64,000 nucleotides of DNA, taken from NCBI RefSeq assembly GCF_000143415.4, contig NW_003314264.1:3455435-3519434 (forward strand), written 5' to 3'. Position numbers and translations under genes: made by a program. Source of the DNA: Selaginella moellendorffii (lineage: Eukaryota > Plantae > Lycopodiophyta). Positions 12,227-22,372 of this stretch are shown here, piece by piece. How positions within the stretch are numbered: position 1 is the stretch's first letter; each line of letters begins with the position of its first letter. The notes under the pieces were generated by a model, which was not told the origin of the DNA, did no database searches, and saw only the letters and a list, made by a program, of their open reading frames with translations.

Positions 12227-15202
12227 TCACACATTTGATTTTCCCGGACGATGCTCAATAGTGAAACTCCCCAAACTCCATGAGTTTGACCATCCAACGA
12301 GCTTGCCTAGTGTCAACTCCTTCTGTGTGAAAAGATACACAAGTGGTTTGTGATCTGTCAACACCACGAACACTGCACCATAAAGATAGTGCCGCCATGT
12401 CCGCAAAGCATGAACAATAGAGAGTAACTCTTGCTCATATGTGGAATAGCGTTGCTCCGCGGAATTCAAAGTTCGACTCTCATATGCAATAGGCTGTCCC
12501 TCTTGCATGAGAACTCCTCCCAGTGCATAACCACTCGCATCGCATGTCACCTCGTAAGGTTTCGATGGATCAGCAATGCGAAGCACTGGAGCCTCGATCA
12601 ACAATCGTTTCAGCGCCACAAAACTCTCCTCTTGTGGCGTCTTCCACTCGAATGGCACATTCTTGCGTAACAACCGCGTCAACGGAATAGCCACCTCTGC
12701 AAACTTATGCTGGAAACGTCGATAGTAACTAGCCATACCAAGAAAACTGCGCAACTCGGCCACTGTAGTCGGTGTAGGCCAGTTTTCCACCACAGCCACC
12801 TTCCTTGGATCCGTCTTGACACCCTTAGATGTCACAATATGGCCTAGATATTCCACCTCCGACTTTGCAAATTCACATTTGCTCTTCTTCGCATAAAGTT
12901 TGCTGTCTCGAAGTAACAAAAGAACCTTGCGCAAATGCACCCTATGCTCCTCCATATTCTTGCTAAAAACAAGAATATCATCCAAGAAAATCTCCACAAA
13001 CTCATGAAGATAACGCCCAAATACCTCCGTCATCAACCGAGTAAATGTGGCCGGTGCATTCGTCAAACCAAACGGCATAACGGTAAACTCAAAATGTCCG
13101 AAGCTTGTGTTGAATGCCGTCTTGGAGATAGATGCATCATCCATTGCAATCTGATGATATCCACTCCTCAGATCAATCTTGGTAAACACTCGTGTTTCAC
13201 CAAGCTTGTCTAGGATATCATCCACACGTGGCATTGGCATCTTGTCCTTCACTGTCTTCTTGTTTAAAGCACGGTAGTCAATACACATCCGCATTGAACC
13301 GTCCTTCTTCTTCACAAGCAAGACCGGAGCACCAAATGGAGACTTACTTGGCTGAATAAATCCAAACTCAAGTAACTCCTTGACTTGTCGCTGAACTTCT
13401 TGCTCCTCCGCATAACTTAACCGAAATGGACGCCGGTAAATTGGCCGCGTCCCCGGCTCCAATGTAATCCCATGCTCCACACCTCGTAATGGAGGCAATC
13501 CATGAGGAAGTTCAGATGGAAAAACATCAGAAAACTCATCAAGTACATCCCGTACTGCTGCTTCTCCCCCACACGTGCCTTGGTCCCCCAAGTCACGAAC
13601 AAACAGCAAGTAACTTGAAAGTGCTTTTCCATTACGACAAGCCCGCTTCAAAGATGTAGCAGAGAGCATAACAACTGGTGGTTGAACGCCCTCGCCAAAC
13701 CACACATCTTTAACGCCACCATACTCCAGCGAGATACGCTTAATGCTCCACTTTATCTCTGGATCCACCTTCACCAACCATGGTATCCCAAGAATGAGAT
13801 CCACACGATGGATATCCGCGAGATAAAAAGTCTCCACAAGTGTGGTTTTGCCAACCAACACTTCCAGCCCCTCGACACAAGCATCGAAATGCTGAGCAGA
13901 GGTAGCTGCACCTTCCACTGTGTATGGAACAACTCCACGTGTGTTCAGGCGATGCTCCGCAACAAACTTTGCCGAAACAAAGTTGTCATCGCTCCCACTA
14001 TCCAGTAAAATCCGCACTGGATCGCCACGGAACACGCCCTCCAGCATTAAAGCTGATTCACGCGTATCCTCAAGCTCCATCTTGTTCCACACACAGTTGA
14101 GTTGACGAGCAACGATCGAAAGTCTCTTCCTCCGACCGGAATGGTCGTTCTCGTCATCCTCACGCTGTAAAGCTTGCAACTTTTTAGTATCGGACTTACC
14201 GTGAGAAGAAGATTGGCCATTCTTCTTGTCCTGCTGCTTGTTCTTCAACTGCGGACAATCAGCCTTGTAGTGTCCAAGTTCGCCGCAATGATGACAACCC
14301 TGTCTATAATTCTTCACAAAGAACTTCTGCTTCTTGGACCCCTTTGCATCCGAGGTAGTCACCACCGACTTCAACTTGTGATGCTTGTTCCCATCCTTGT
14401 GTCCACGGCGATCATCACGACGATTCTCGACAGAAGGACTCTGCGAACGCTTGCGAGACTTGTGCTTGTCATTATCAAGTCGACGAGCCGCATCAAAGAG
14501 CTCCTCCAAACTCTTTGTAGGCTGAGAATGACGCAAGTGTTGCCGCATGCTCTCACTATGTAGGCCATCAATGAAGTAGGATTTGTTCTGATCTGGATCC
14601 TTCGTTGGAACACGACTAATCAAGCGAGTAAGCTTCTCAATATAATCCCCAAGCGTCATTTTCCCTTGCTGGAAATGGCGAAGTTCTGTACGAGCATTCT
14701 CCACGTCGTAATGAGGGGCAAAACGTAAACGGAAAGCAGCTTCAAACTCATCCATGGTAGATACTGGTGATTTCTTATCCGCAACACGGGACTCCTCAAG
14801 CCAATTCCACCATCGAAGACCCGCATCACGCAAAACCATCGGAATAGCCACTAAAGCCTCTGCATCTGGAGTTCCTCTAGCAGCCAAAAACTTCTTCACA
14901 TTGGCTAGCCAAGCAAGACACTCGTCCACACCACCATCACCGGAAAAGGTTGGAATCTTGAGTCGATCTACCAAAGAAGGCTTACTTGGAGCGCTACCCC
15001 GTCCAGCCTCGAGTGCCTCAACACGCCCACGCATGGTATCCATCATGCCATGCATCTCGTCTTGCATCTCTTGCTGATTTTTATTAAGGGCTCGCAGCTC
15101 ATGAACCACATCTTGAATGGTCCAAATCTCTGCAGCTTCGTCGGCACCATCGTCGGCACCACCATCGATGATAGGATTCCAGCGTTCAGCTTGGTCGGCC
15201 AT
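12227..15202 (-). CDS. Gag-protease-RT-RNase H polyprotein of element 1 (single ORF; ATG at 15202)
   Basis: CHHCGELGHYKADC zinc knuckle, LLDSGS protease, MPFGL and FLDD RT motifs, DASG..EQELL..TDHK RNase H. Confidence 0.95.
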   Translation of the reverse strand: MADQAERWNPIIDGGADDGADEAAEIWTIQDVVHELRALNKNQQEMQDEMHGMMDTMRGRVEALEAGRGSAPSKPSLVDRLKIPTFSGDGGVDECLAWLANVKKFLAARGTPDAEALVAIPMVLRDAGLRWWNWLEESRVADKKSPVSTMDEFEAAFRLRFAPHYDVENARTELRHFQQGKMTLGDYIEKLTRLISRVPTKDPDQNKSYFIDGLHSESMRQHLRHSQPTKSLEELFDAARRLDNDKHKSRKRSQSPSVENRRDDRRGHKDGNKHHKLKSVVTTSDAKGSKKQKFFVKNYRQGCHHCGELGHYKADCPQLKNKQQDKKNGQSSSHGKSDTKKLQALQREDDENDHSGRRKRLSIVARQLNCVWNKMELEDTRESALMLEGVFRGDPVRILLDSGSDDNFVSAKFVAEHRLNTRGVVPYTVEGAATSAQHFDACVEGLEVLVGKTTLVETFYLADIHRVDLILGIPWLVKVDPEIKWSIKRISLEYGGVKDVWFGEGVQPPVVMLSATSLKRACRNGKALSSYLLFVRDLGDQGTCGGEAAVRDVLDEFSDVFPSELPHGLPPLRGVEHGITLEPGTRPIYRRPFRLSYAEEQEVQRQVKELLEFGFIQPSKSPFGAPVLLVKKKDGSMRMCIDYRALNKKTVKDKMPMPRVDDILDKLGETRVFTKIDLRSGYHQIAMDDASISKTAFNTSFGHFEFTVMPFGLTNAPATFTRLMTEVFGRYLHEFVEIFLDDILVFSKNMEEHRVHLRKVLLLLRDSKLYAKKSKCEFAKSEVEYLGHIVTSKGVKTDPRKVAVVENWPTPTTVAELRSFLGMASYYRRFQHKFAEVAIPLTRLLRKNVPFEWKTPQEESFVALKRLLIEAPVLRIADPSKPYEVTCDASGYALGGVLMQEGQPIAYESRTLNSAEQRYSTYEQELLSIVHALRTWRHYLYGAVFVVLTDHKPLVYLFTQKELTLGKLVGWSNSWSLGSFTIEHRPGKSNV

Positions 15203-15225
15203 CGCAACCAATCCTCTGATACCAA

Positions 15226-15458
15226 TGTTATGATCCGGCGCAAAAAGACAAAGATTTCGTTGCCCTAGACTATGCTACGCCACCTCTTGAGGTTCCTCAC
15301 CACCCAACCACCCCCGAGCTACCTCAAAAGCTCCACTGCGCCGCCGCTCCACTGTGAGCCCTAGGGTAGGTTAAGTCCCTTACCCTAACATGCCTTAATC
15401 TACCCTTGAGCCTCCCTTTGACCCACGTTGACCACGTAGTCAAAGCTGGCGCCTAACA
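15226..15458 (-). repeat. 5' LTR of element 1
   Basis: Identical to 10559-10791; PBS adjacent. Confidence 0.97.
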
Positions 15459-15793
15459 CAGGTGCACTACACTAGAACACTCTAAGATGGCACAGTACGT
15501 CAGGTGTAAGTTCAAAGCCTAGGTGTTTTGTGGTGATCACATGATGAAGGGAATCTTGGGAAATGCTATCAAGTGTTTATCTTGTTAATAGAATTCCCAT
15601 TGCTTAAATTATATTAATTATTATTGATTAACAGCAGAAAATCTCAACCGTTAGATCAAGGAATATCTTAGGATATACCTAGTTGAAAATCTGGTTTGCA
15701 TTAACAATTTGATAATTTTTGTATCCGCGAATTTTTATTTGTTGTTTCGAAAGCAAAAAAGTTAAATACTGATTGATGAGTAGCTATATAATT

Positions 15794-18700
15794 CTATAGG
15801 GTGGTGGTGGTGTCCATAACGATCATCTCGCTCTCCAATCCACTCATATTGAAGTTGTGAGTCGACGAAGACAGAAGCCGCTCGTGATTGCTTGCCGACG
15901 TCTTGAGCAAAAGCTTCTCGTTGATCTGCCTGTTCTTCCTCCTCCCGCTGTTACAGCTCGACTCCTGGCCCATGTGGTCCTCCGACGACGACGAGCTCTT
16001 GCTGTTCTTGTGCGCAACCTCCTCGGGGACGTGCTTGATCTGCTCCAGCACCGCCACCACGTCCTTCATGCTCGGCCTTTCCACGGGCGACTCCTTCACG
16101 CACATTAGCGCGATCCCCAGGCACTGGAGCATCTCGTGGATGAAAGGATCGGGCATTCCTCGCAACCGTGAGTCGAGCGCCTCCACCCGGAGCTGGTGCT
16201 GCTGTTGCTGCTCCTCCTGCTGCCGCACCATCAGTCCGTGGACCCAATCGACGACGTTCTTGTCTTGCTCCAGTGCTCGGCGCCCGGTTAACATCTCGAG
16301 GAGGACAACGCCGTAGCTGTAGACGTCGCTCTTGGTCGTGATGTTTACCCGGCAGCTATACTCTGCAAGAAGCTTCTATTTAGAGCACGCCATTCACTGC
16401 AATAGGATGCAAAAAAGAAGCTCTAGACACTCTACACTCAAAAGCCGGCTAAAGGAAAGACTAGAGGTGTCCCACTGTCCACCACCAACAGTGACAAAAG
16501 CTCACTCGTGAGAAAGAGAAGAGACATGTCCGTGGCAAGCAGAGAGTTCTTCCTCTCCACGCTCATCTCCTCATCAAATCATCACCAACATCGGCCCGAG
16601 ACGAATAAGATCACACTTTTCTTCCCTGGCAGCAGGCACCACCAAGCTACGAAGCCATGATGGCAAACTCCGAACAATCTCACGCTCGCACTCAAATGCC
16701 CACCTCATTTTAAATCACAAATGAAATCCCCGGTTGGGGCATCTATCCGCACGGCAGCTCTAACAACAAACACAAACAAGAAAAAGGTGGCGGACATGAA
16801 TTGGATCGCAAGCCAATGAAACCAAAATCACCACTCGCAACTCCACGACAAACAGCGCAAGGAAGCACACTCTCATGGAAAAGCCACAAGCAAGCAAACC
16901 GGTATGTCCAAGCCGGGCATATGAAGCAAGAGAGAAAGATCGATGAACTTACCAGGAGCAATGTAGCCAGTGGTGCCCGGGATCTTCCCCGGGTACACGA
17001 AATCCTCCTCGGCGAGCACCTTGGCCAGCCCAAAATCCGCAATGTAAGGCTCCAGCGAGTCGCCCAGCAGGATATTGTTGGCCTTGATGTCCCTGTGCAA
17101 GATTGGCGGGTTGCAATCGTGGTGGAGGTACGCGATCCCCTGCGCCGCGCCCAGCGCGATCTTGTACCGCAGCTCCCAGTCGAGGGAGCGCTTCTTGTCC
17201 GCGTCGTGGAGCAGCTCCTCGAGGTTGCCATTGCTCTTGAAATCGTAGAGCAGCAGCGCCGTCTTGGTGTTCGTGCAGTAGCCAATGAGCCGGACGATGT
17301 TCTTGTGCCGGACCTTGGATCCCAGCGTGTGGACCTCCGAGTTGAAGCTCGCGCGGTTGGCGCTGGCTCTCCTGCTGCTGCTGAAATCGATCTCCTTGAT
17401 CGCGATCTCGTTCCCATCCGGCAGCTTCGCTTTAAACACCGATCCGGAGCTCCCTCTGCCGATTGGCACCGCATTGCCGAAGCTTTCCACCACGTCCGAG
17501 GCGGAGATGCTCGGGTTCCACTTCTGGTATGGCGTCATCTGCCACAGCCACGGGCTACCGCGGGCGGCACTGTCCGAGAAGCCGCGGCACCGGCGGTACA
17601 GAAGGACCGAGCCCAGCAGCACGACCAGCGCGGTACCGCCGAAGAGCAGCGCCACCACCACGGGGGGCCGCATGGACCGCCGTACGGGCGACCCGGGGCC
17701 GTCCGTACCGCACTGTGGGCCGTCGAGCGTGCCGCGCGACACGCCCGACATGGCGCATAGCTGGCGGTTGCCCGCGAAAGAGACGGCCATGTTGCGGAAG
17801 GCATCGGTGGATGGGATGATGCCCGTGAAGGAGTTGTAGGAGACGTTGAGGAAGTTGAGGTTGGCGAGCTTGTCAAGGAGCTGGACGCCGCCAAAGAGAT
17901 TGTTGTGCGCGAGATCGAGGCGGACGAGGTGCGTGAGATCGGCGAATCGCTCCGGGATGGATCCCGTGAGGGAATTGGAGTGGAGGTCGAGCGCGATGGA
18001 GAGGCTGACCAGCCCACCCAGCGTCGCCGGGATCTCCCCGGACAGCCTGTTGTTGGCGAGCTCCAGCGAGAGGAGCTGCTTGCACAGGCCGAGATCGTCC
18101 GGGATCTTCCCCGTCAATCGATTGTTCGAGAGCTTGAGGTACTCGAGCGCTTGCATGTCGCCGATCTGCGGCGGGATCTTTCCCTCGAGCTGGTTGGAGG
18201 AGGCGTCGAGCAGCTGGAGCGCCCGCAGCCGGCCCAGCGACGCGGGCACCGGGCCCGTGAGCTCGTTCTTCACCAGGATCAAGCTCTGCAGCGACATGAG
18301 GCTGCCAATCTCCTCGGGGATCTCCCCACTCAGCCCGTTCCCCTCGAGGTCGAGGAATGTGAGATTCCGGAGGCTCCCCAGGCTCCTGGGGATGCCGCCC
18401 ACGAGGAGATTCTCCTTGACGCGCAGCCGGACGAGCACGGAGTCGGTGACGCCCACCTCGGGCAGCACCCCGGACAGCCGGTTGTGGATGAGCAGCAGCC
18501 GCTCCAGCGATGGCAGCGAGAAGATCTTGGGCGGGATGGGCCCCGAGAGGCGATTGTAGGAGAGATCGAGCGTCTTGAGCTGGGAGCAATTGACGATGCT
18601 GTCCGGGATCGGGCCCTCGAGCTGGTTCTCCCAGCAAAAGAGGAGCTGGAGATTGGCGAGGCGGCCGATGGAGTCGGGCAGGGGGCCGGAGAGCCGGTTG

Positions 18701-19782
18701 GTGTCGAGCTCCAGCACCACGAGCTCCGTGCAGTCGCCAAACTCGGGCGGTATGCTGCCCGTGAGGTTGTTGATACTCACCAGGAAGCTCTGGAGCGAGG
18801 AAAGCTGGCCGACCTCGGGCGGTATACCGCCCGACAGCGAGTTCGTGGAGAGGTCAATCTCGGTCAACATTTTGCAGCCGCCGATGGAGGGCGGTATGCC
18901 GCCGGTCAGCTCGTTCTGCCACAGGAGCAGCCGCCGGAGCTGCGTGAGTTGACCAAGGTTGACCGGGATGGTGCCCGTGAGCTTGTTCTGGAAGAGGTGG
19001 AGGTTTTGGAGCGCCGTGCATTCGCATAGCTCGTCGGGTATGGAGCCCGTGAGCGCCGCGCCGTAGAGGAGGAGCGACTCGAGGCTCTTGAGCCTGCCGA
19101 AAGTGGGAGGGATCGGGCCCGAGATGTTGGTCACGGCGAATCCAAACATGGTGAGGCTGGAGCAGTTCCCAATCTCGTGCGGGATCGGACCCGAAATCCC
19201 GGCATTGCCGCCGCCCCGGATGATCCTCAGCTTCTGAAGGTGGCCGATCTCAGGCGGGATGGTCCCGTTGAGGCGGTTGTCGAAGAGCTGGAGCGTGTCG
19301 AGGCTGGAGCAGCCTTTGATCGAAGGTGGGATCCGGCCGACGAGCTGGTTGGCCTGGAGGTTGAGGATCTGGAGGCGGGGGAGGTTGCCAATGGTGTCTG
19401 GGATCGCGCCACTGACTTCGTTGTTGGAGAGGTCGAGGAACTCGAGCTTGGAGCAGCGGCCGATCTCTGGCGGTATCCTGCCAGTGAGATTGGTGGAGGA
19501 GAGATTGAGGGACTGGAGCTCGGTGAGGAGACCGAGCTCTCGCGGGAGCTGGCCGTGGAGGTAGTGCCCCGCAAGCGAGAGAGAGGTGACGCGGCCCGTG
19601 GTTGGCGAGCACGAGACACCGAGCCAGCTACACGGGCCCGAGGAAGAGTTCCAGCCCAGGGTGTTGTTGAATGTGTGGGCGAATGCGAGCAGGGCTTGGG
19701 CATCTTGAGACTCATCTTGCAGCTGCGCCACTGCTTGAAGAACGATCAAGGTGGCGAGGAGCAACACATGCCTCCTGGCCAT
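15794..19782 (-). CDS. LRR-XI receptor-like kinase, RGI/RGFR-type (exons 19782-16953, 16362-15794)
   Basis: Signal peptide, CSWLGVSC cap, more than 20 plant LRRs, TM helix, kinase motifs HRDIKANNILL/DFGLAK/GTTGYIAPE; phase-1 intron in APE; RxGG (IRGGGN) and RxR (VRLRV) motifs. Confidence 0.95.
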
Positions 19783-19854
19783 GCTGCCCGAACTGATCAA
19801 ATTTTGCTCCCTCACATTGTAGATGGCTCCGTAATCGCTGGAGCAAATTCACAC

Positions 19855-19867
19855 CCTCCTCCTCCTC

Positions 19868-19902
<35 letters not shown>
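19855..19902. repeat. Compound (CCT)n(GCT)n microsatellite in the likely 5' UTR of the RLK
   Basis: Read directly from the sequence. Confidence 0.9.
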
Positions 19903-19903
<1 letters not shown>

Positions 19904-22186
19904 GCTGCTACTCCCAAGCCATAAAACCAAAAGAACGAGCTAACAACTCTTCGCTCTTGCTCTCCAAAGATGATGCTCAACCAAGTGGGACAAGGGACAT
20001 AGAGAGCATAGAGGAGGAGGTGGAGCTGGGAAAGTATGACCTACAGCTTTGGTTGCTTGTGTGCTTCTTCTACCTGGGATTTAAAAAACAAAAGCCCTTT
20101 CTCATGTACTTTGCAGTGAGGATTGGATTGCTCCTGGCAGCTGCAGCTGCTGCTGCTACTCCTGCTACTCAATTGTCTCTCACTCACTCAACTCCTGCTC
20201 AGCCCCAGTTGTTTTTCTCTTCTTTTTCTGTGTTAATAGTGTTTCTCTCCCTCCTTTTCCTGTTTAACCTTTCTTTTTTGTATGCAATAAGTTGTGGCCA
20301 TGCTTTTTTGAATCAGAATCAAGGGCAGTACAAGCCCCACTAGGTACCACCATCAACTCACAAAACCCCACCATCCACCAATGTTCCCCTCACAACAATA
20401 TTAGCACTGCCCCTCTCAAATCCCTGAGATTTCTGCAGAGAGAAACGGTGGTGAAAGGTGAATGGGATACAGCCATTTCAAGAAGGCAGAAAAACATCAG
20501 TTTCAGTTTTGTACTGCCAACCCACGTGATTGATTCAAATCCGCCGAATACACAAGCAATCACCATAGAGTTTCTCCCAGAAGGAAATAACGATACAACT
20601 CTCAGCAAAATCATCGTATTTTCCCTCTTGATAGATATGGGTTGACAACCTTTTCTCCCACTCCCAAATTCTTTACAGATCACCCATATCATTCATATTC
20701 CAAATGCCTTTGCCTATTATCATCCGTTCATTCCAGTTTTAAAGCGAAAATGGGGGGGCGGCCCCGAGCTATCTTTATCTGGAGATCGTGGAATAAGCAC
20801 AGTTTTCCAGCCCCACACTACACACTGCAATCACTTCGTAAACAGCAGCAATGCAATCCCCGGCAGGATCACACACATCAATATCTTTTGAGGAAAAAGG
20901 AAAGAGGAAAACTTGAGTTTGATTGATTGATCCACTGAATTGAGATTGGGCTTGTTTTGGATCGACATAGGCTAGCTAGCCAGGAATCCATTCTCCTGGT
21001 CGGTAAAGAGACAAACTTCGTCTCCGGCCAGCAAACAAACCTAAGAAGCTCTCCTCCCTGTGTAAGTTCCGTTAGGAGGGTCAACGAGTATTTTAAGGAT
21101 TTTTAAAGAGACTCGGTCGCATCAAGCACGAGCCTGGAGAAGAGAGCGATGAGATCAACTACGGCCACTTCCAACACCGGAATGAGGGTGACAGTTTTTG
21201 GGGGCATTTTCATTGCCTGCCACCTTTTCGAGTTTTGTATTGGCTTTGTTGGTTAAATGATGCATTTGCTCCCTTGATTAGCAATTTGCGTGATGTTGCG
21301 CGCTGGGATCTAAATCATGGGTTGGTATACTATACACATGTATGTATTAGCTTCACTTGGCCAATGCGGTGACCTTTGCAGGTATAATATATATAGTTTG
21401 TCTTGCTGTTTTGGTGATCAATCATGCTCAATCACAAAAGGACAGCCTCGTATGATGATGGAAGTATACAATCTATATTCCCACTAGCATTAGGCTTCTA
21501 GTGCATTGGATTTGCTTGAGCACCAGAGAACACAAACAAGGACAGGGGATGGAAATCTAGTGCGTAATGCGTGATGTCATGCTTAATTCGAGTTTTCATC
21601 TATCTATCTATACGATGTTTTGATATTCTCTCAATGGCCAACTTGAAGCATGAGACTGGATGTAAAATGCAAGGGTTTGTGTCATCTGTGACATGAGCAT
21701 CTCGCACCAAGACGACATTTTTTTTAGTTTTTCGAGATAAAAGTTTAGTTTTTTGGCTGCCCACACCTGAGCATAACGCATGCTCTACGCACCAGAAGTC
21801 AAGCACTGGAAATCGGGCAAATTGGAAGCACGCAAGCAACGCAAACCAGTGCTGGAAAACCATATGCACTGTCATAGCTCCAAAAAATTGCCCACTTTTC
21901 TTTGTGTGTAGTGCTTGTGTTGTGCCCAAAGAAAGAGGTATCCGGATAGATGATTGAAGTGGCGGCCTGACATCCCAATCATAGCTCTCTCTCCCTCTTT
22001 TTTCCTTTTGGGTGTTCTTCCTTTCTCGTGGGGTTTGTTCTCGGCCAAGTGCCACAATGGGGCATCTCACATTTGCCCATCTCTCTTTAATCTGCCAAGG
22101 CAAAAGTACACCATGTGAAGTTGGCAGAGATAAGAAGGTTCTAGCATCCAAAAAAAGAAAAGAAAAAAGAGCAAGGGCGAAGAATT

Positions 22187-22259
22187 TGGAGATGCCGGGT
22201 ATCGATCCCGGTGCCTCTTGCATGCTAAGCGAGCGCTCTACCATCTGAGCTACATCCCC
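22187..22259 (-). tRNA. tRNA-Ala (anticodon AGC)
   Basis: GGGGATGTAGCTCAGATGGTAGAGCGCTCGCTTAGCATGCAAGAGGCACCGGGATCGATACCCGGCATCTCCA, followed by oligo-T tracts. Confidence 0.95.
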
Positions 22260-22372
22260 GTGATCTCGTTCTCGAATTCTTTGCGCGGGGAAAGAAGAAA
22301 CCCGAAATCCTGGAGCCCTAATGCTGGCGCCCTCCATCGGTGGCGCCTTGGCGATTCGCGGCGGCCGGGGAG

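Larger units (their letters stand above)
10559..15458 (-). mobile_element. Full-length, very young Ty3/gypsy LTR retrotransposon (element 1)
   Basis: Two identical 233-bp TG..CA LTRs, 5-bp TSD CAGGT (10554-58 and 15459-63), tRNA-iMet PBS TGGTATCAGAG next to the right LTR, G-rich PPT next to the left LTR, domain order gag-PR-RT-RH-IN. Confidence 0.97.

Noticed and set aside
12195-12310. Apparent frameshifts and stop at the end of element 1 RNase H
   Set aside because: Adjacent to a gap and probably low-quality sequence, so not used as evidence of inactivation
16743-20343. Long antisense and alternate-frame ORFs over the RLK (e.g. 17905-19029, 19177-20343)
   Set aside because: Shadow ORFs caused by very high GC3; no recognisable protein features
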